A stretch of DNA of 40,392 bases from an uncultured Aureispira sp. (GTDB lineage: Bacteria > Bacteroidota > Bacteroidia > Chitinophagales > Saprospiraceae): assembly GCA_937942475.1 (NCBI GenBank), contig CALDEP010000158.1:1-40392 (forward strand). The letters run 5' to 3'. Made by a program: the position numbers and the translations under genes. The notes under the pieces were generated by a model, which searched no databases, had not been told where the DNA came from, and was given only the letters and a program-made list of their open reading frames with translations. This document shows positions 36,533 to 40,392 of the stretch, one piece after another. The stretch's first letter is position 1, and each line of letters starts with the position of its first letter.

Positions 36533-36904
36533 AAGCGTTTGATATTAAAATTGTAAAAAATCTACGACCACGAACTCTAAGCAAAACGCTCCTCTTTTGG
36601 TTCATTAAGAGAGCAGAGTATAGCGAATAAGTAGCAGCGGAACTAAGTATTATTAGTCCTAATAATGAAGTTATTTGCTAAGGTAGATTACTTGATTTTT
36701 GTTTCAATTAACATTAGATAATTAAACTTAATCGACGTTTTATTTATGCATTTAAGTCTATTGAGATAGCCTATAGACGTATATGTGTTTGAATTGATTG
36801 GGGGCTAATGATGATCATAGTGAAATAAAAAAGAAAAAATTTATTATGCGAATCAATAGCTAAAATTAGGTCTGATAAATAAAAAAGGGGAATAAAGGCT
36901 TCAC

Positions 36905-36995
36905 AAGAATGTTTAATGTTGAATTTTTAATGATGAATGCTCTATAGCATAAAAAACATTAAAAATTCAGTATTTAGCATTCAACATTTAAAAAG
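36905..36995. repeat. Degenerate fragment of the MITE-like repeat (internal hairpin core only)
   Basis: AATGTTGAATTTTTAATGATGAATGC...GCATTCAACATT matches the internal inverted-repeat core of the 986-1240 copy. Confidence 0.5.
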
Positions 36996-37096
36996 TAGGC
37001 TTGTAAAATGAGACAAGCCTGTTTTAAATGTACGATTTATTGATCTTTTAGCCCTTGATTCGCATAAACAGTTAAATTATAACAAATATAAAAATC

Positions 37097-38176
37097 ATGG
37101 CGGGCAATACATTTGGAAAGTTATTTAAGGTTACCACCTTTGGAGAGTCACATGGAAAAGGGATTGGTGTCGTTATTGATGGCTGTCCAGCAGGAATAAC
37201 ATTAGATTTAGCGTACATTCAAAATCAACTGAATCGCCGCAAACCAGGGCAATCTAAGATTGTAACTCAAAGAAAAGAAGCCGATGAATTTGAAATTTTA
37301 TCTGGAACCTTTGAAGGAAAAACAACAGGAACTCCGCTAACTTTATTTATTGCCAATACCAACCAAAAACCAAAGGATTACGAGCACATCAAAGATAAAT
37401 TTCGCCCCTCTCATGCGGATTTTACGTACGCAAAAAAATACATCAATAGAGATTATCGAGGTGGTGGGCGTTCTTCTGCTCGTGAAACTGCCGCTCGTGT
37501 TGCTGCTGGAGCTATTGCACAGCAGATTTTGGAACAAAAAGGCGTCAAAATTACCGCTTATGTCAGTCAAGTAGGTCCTTTGGTGATTCAACAAGCTAGG
37601 GAAGCTTTAGATTTTTCCTTGATTGAACAGACACCTGTTCGTTGTCCTGATCTATCTAGTGCCCAAGAAATGGAAAGCTACATTAAAAAAATAAAAAAAG
37701 AAGGCGATACAACAGGCGGTGTTGTTAGTTGCCTGATTCAAGGTTGTCCTGTTGGTTTGGGAGAGCCTATTTTTGATCGCTTACATGCCGAATTGGGAAA
37801 AGCTATGTTAAGTATCAATGCTTGTAAAGGCTTTCAATATGGTTCTGGCTTTGAGGGCGTTAGTATGCGAGGCTCTGAGCACAATGATATTTTTGTGAAT
37901 GATAATGGTAACATCAAAACAACTAGCAATTATTCGGGAGGTATTCAAGGAGGTATTTCTAATGGTATGGACATTTATTTTAGAACCGCTTTTAAACCTG
38001 TTGCGACGATTATGCGCCCTCAATCGTCCATTGATGTAGATGGAAATGCAGTAACAGTAACTGGCAAAGGGAGACATGATCCTTGTGTTGTCCCTAGAGC
38101 GGTGCCGATTGTGGAGTGTATGGCGGCATTGGTTTTGCTCGATTATTATTTATTGGCAATGACCGATCATTTTTAA
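37097..38176 (+). CDS. aroC: Chorismate synthase
   Basis: Canonical N-terminus [33 protein letters not shown] and downstream [17 protein letters not shown] and [12 protein letters not shown] motifs. 359 aa. Confidence 0.95.
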   Translation: MAGNTFGKLFKVTTFGESHGKGIGVVIDGCPAGITLDLAYIQNQLNRRKPGQSKIVTQRKEADEFEILSGTFEGKTTGTPLTLFIANTNQKPKDYEHIKDKFRPSHADFTYAKKYINRDYRGGGRSSARETAARVAAGAIAQQILEQKGVKITAYVSQVGPLVIQQAREALDFSLIEQTPVRCPDLSSAQEMESYIKKIKKEGDTTGGVVSCLIQGCPVGLGEPIFDRLHAELGKAMLSINACKGFQYGSGFEGVSMRGSEHNDIFVNDNGNIKTTSNYSGGIQGGISNGMDIYFRTAFKPVATIMRPQSSIDVDGNAVTVTGKGRHDPCVVPRAVPIVECMAALVLLDYYLLAMTDHF

Positions 38177-38190
38177 GAATCCTGTATTAT

Positions 38191-38457
38191 TAACTGATGT
38201 TACGCATAACTTAAAGCGCAGCGCTCATGAGCAAAGCGAACTAAAATTAATTAGGCTGCTCAAAACTAGTAAACGGCTCAATAAATATAGTTTAATTTTG
38301 AATTTTGAATGCTTAATTTTGAATGGCCTATTTTTAACCAAAAGGCATTAAACATTCAAAATTAAGCATTCAGCATTAAAACAATATTTTTTAAGTAAAA
38401 GCAATTTCAATACTACCTAAAATGTTCTTGCGTAACATGAGTTATTAATACATTATT
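38191..38457. repeat. MITE-like interspersed repeat, copy B
   Basis: Near-identical to 986-1240, with a ~13-bp internal insertion and a few substitutions. The same terminal inverted repeats TAACTGATGTTACGCA ... TGCGTAACATGAGTTA. Internal 15-bp inverted repeat TGAATGCTTAATTTT / AAAATTAAGCATTCA. Begins 15 bp after the aroC stop. Confidence 0.8.
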
Positions 38458-38602
38458 ATCAGATAAAGAATCCTGTAAATACAAATTAGGAGAGTTCTAT
38501 AAAAAAGCGTATTTTTGCGCTCTATTATAATTAATACTTTGTTTGTTTTTTTTATAAAAACTAAAAGATAGACGAAGTAGGCTAATGAAAAAATAAATTG
38601 CC

Positions 38603-39943
38603 GTGGCAACACCAAAAACCGTAGCCTTTCACACGTTGGGCTGCAAGTTGAATTATTCTGAAACATCTAGTATTGGACGTCTATTTGAAGAGGCAGGCTA
38701 TAATGAAATTTCGTTTAAAGAACCTGCTGACATTTACGTTATTAATACTTGTTCTGTAACCGATTTTGCAGATCGAAAATGTCGCAAAACGGTTCGTAAA
38801 GCCTTGCGCAACTCGCCCAATGCCTTTGTGGTCGTGGTCGGTTGTTATGCACAGCTAAAACCAGACGAAATTGCAGACATACCAGGCGTTGATTTAGTCT
38901 TAGGTGCTGCACAGAAATTTAGAATTTTAGATTATGTAGACGATTTGAGCAAAGCGCCTTCTAAGGGAATGGTGCAGGCTGGTGATGTCAAAGAGGCCAA
39001 TGAATTTGTGAATGCGTTTTCCTTTGGTGATCGCACACGCTCTTTCCTAAAAGTACAGGACGGCTGTAACTATAACTGTTCTTTTTGTACAATTCCACAA
39101 GCAAGAGGGGCTAGCCGAAGCAATACCATTGAGAGCATTGTTAACAATGCACAAGAAATTGCGGCGATGGGCATCAAAGAGATTGTCTTAACGGGCGTTA
39201 ATATTGGTGATTTTGGAAATGGAACGGAAGTCATTGAGGGTTTAAAGCCTAAAAAAGAAGCTTTGTTTATTGATTTAATCAGAGCATTAGATTTGGTAGA
39301 GGGCATTGATCGCTTTAGAATTTCTTCGATTGAGCCCAACTTATTGACCAATGAAATTATTGAATTTGTTGCCAATTCTAATCGTTTTGTGCCTCATTTT
39401 CACATTCCTTTGCAGTCTGGTAATAACAAACAATTGCGTGAAATGCGTCGTCGTTACAAGCGTGAATTGTATGCCGATCGAGTTGCTTCGATTCGTCAAC
39501 AAATGCCCCATTGCTGTATTGGCGTAGATGTTATTGTTGGTTTTCCTGGAGAAACGGATGAGGATTTTAAAGAAACCTACAAATTCATCCAAGAGTTAGA
39601 CATTTCTTATTTACATGTCTTTACTTATTCTGAACGTGCCAATACGCCTGCTGCTGAAATGGAAAATGTTGTTCCTGTACACATTCGCAGAGAGCGCAAT
39701 GAAATGCTTCGCATCTTGTCCGAAAAGAAACGTCGCCATTTTTACGAGCAATATGAAAACACGCAACAAATCGCCTTACTAGAAGGCAAAAATATTGATG
39801 GCAAAATGACTGGTTTTACACAAAACTACATCAAAATTGCGGTCGATTATGACGAGGCATTAATCAATCAATTAATTCCTATCCAACTGGATAAATTAAC
39901 GCATCGTAAAGATGAGTTGATGCTTGATGCTACTATTCTTTAA
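38603..39943 (+). CDS. mtaB: MiaB-family radical SAM tRNA methylthiotransferase, probably MtaB
   Basis: GTG start. N-terminal MTTase domain VAFHTLGCKLNYSETS. Radical SAM CNYNCSFCTIP (CxxxCxxC). C-terminal TRAM-like region. Confidence 0.8.
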   Translation: MATPKTVAFHTLGCKLNYSETSSIGRLFEEAGYNEISFKEPADIYVINTCSVTDFADRKCRKTVRKALRNSPNAFVVVVGCYAQLKPDEIADIPGVDLVLGAAQKFRILDYVDDLSKAPSKGMVQAGDVKEANEFVNAFSFGDRTRSFLKVQDGCNYNCSFCTIPQARGASRSNTIESIVNNAQEIAAMGIKEIVLTGVNIGDFGNGTEVIEGLKPKKEALFIDLIRALDLVEGIDRFRISSIEPNLLTNEIIEFVANSNRFVPHFHIPLQSGNNKQLREMRRRYKRELYADRVASIRQQMPHCCIGVDVIVGFPGETDEDFKETYKFIQELDISYLHVFTYSERANTPAAEMENVVPVHIRRERNEMLRILSEKKRRHFYEQYENTQQIALLEGKNIDGKMTGFTQNYIKIAVDYDEALINQLIPIQLDKLTHRKDELMLDATIL

Positions 39944-39979
39944 GAAAAAATATTACTATCAATATAAAAATAGCCACCA

Positions 39980-40392
39980 ATGAATTCGCATCCATTTATT
40001 CCTCATAGTCGCCCGATTATTTCTGATGAACAATTATTAGAAAACTCTAAAGCCTTTTATGAAGACATGGATACGCGGCGTACTGTGCGTCATTTTTCAA
40101 ATCGCCCTGTTCCCAAAGAAGTCATTGAAAATATTATCAAAACAGCTTCTACAGCTCCTTCTGGCGCACACAAACAACCTTGGACTTTTGCAATTATCAG
40201 CTCTCCTGAGATGAAGCAAAAGATTAGAATTGCTGCCGAAAAAGAGGAACAAGAAAATTATCACGGTAGAATGTCCGATGAATGGATTCGTGATTTGGAA
40301 CCACTAGGAACCGACGAACACAAACCATTTTTGGAAGATGCGCCTTACCTTATTGCTGTTTTCAAAAAAGCCTACGAGATTCACCCTGAGGG
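39980..40392 (+). CDS. Nitroreductase-superfamily protein, iodotyrosine-deiodinase-like; 3' end runs off the window (partial)
   Basis: ATG at 39980. The translation MNSHPFIPHSRPIISDEQLLENSKAFYEDMDTRRTVRHFSNRPVPKEVIENIIKTASTAPSGAHKQPWTF matches the RRSVR...TAPSGAH.QPW signature of IYD/BluB-type nitroreductases. The ORF is open to the window end. Confidence 0.7.
   Translation, partial: MNSHPFIPHSRPIISDEQLLENSKAFYEDMDTRRTVRHFSNRPVPKEVIENIIKTASTAPSGAHKQPWTFAIISSPEMKQKIRIAAEKEEQENYHGRMSDEWIRDLEPLGTDEHKPFLEDAPYLIAVFKKAYEIHPE

Noticed and set aside
37343-38077. ORFs overlapping aroC on either strand (37343-37594 minus, 37350-37574 plus, 37808-38077 minus)
   Set aside because: They lie within or antisense to the canonical chorismate synthase frame. 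No support.
1-40392. Search for tRNA, rRNA and CRISPR arrays and for integrase/transposase genes
   Set aside because: No cloverleaf-compatible GTTC-type T-arm motifs appear outside coding regions. No regularly spaced direct repeats. No recombinase-like ORFs. The only repeats are the MITE-like copies, which lack an encoded transposase here.

Overview
This is a 40.4-kb AT-rich chromosomal segment that looks like Bacteroidota, probably a gliding or T9SS-bearing lineage. Supporting signs are two proteins with T9SS C-terminal sorting domains, many lipoprotein signal peptides (lipobox followed by Cys), and an Atg22/UMF1-type MFS gene. Housekeeping genes (aroC, an MtaB-like methylthiotransferase, rnd, comEC, and a nitroreductase/IYD-like fragment) are interleaved with accessory and surface genes. 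The most unusual content is: (i) a full-length bacterial homolog of the eukaryotic major vault protein (MVP), with MVP repeats, a shoulder domain and cap-helix coiled coil, at 23741-26245; (ii) a 1662-aa fusion of a complete SLC12-type cation-chloride cotransporter to a ~900-aa cytoplasmic extension ending in a P-loop/AAA+-like NTPase, overlapping a downstream MscS channel gene by 31 bp; (iii) a ~255-bp MITE-like element with ~16-bp terminal inverted repeats in two near-identical copies (986-1240 and 38191-38457) plus a fragment; (iv) a tandem cluster of paralogous secreted proteins directly upstream of the MVP gene; (v) a leaderless coiled-coil protein with two PG-binding domains and a CHAP/NlpC-P60-like domain. 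I found no tRNA, rRNA, CRISPR array, integrase or prophage genes. All homology statements are from reading the translations by eye; no searches were run.
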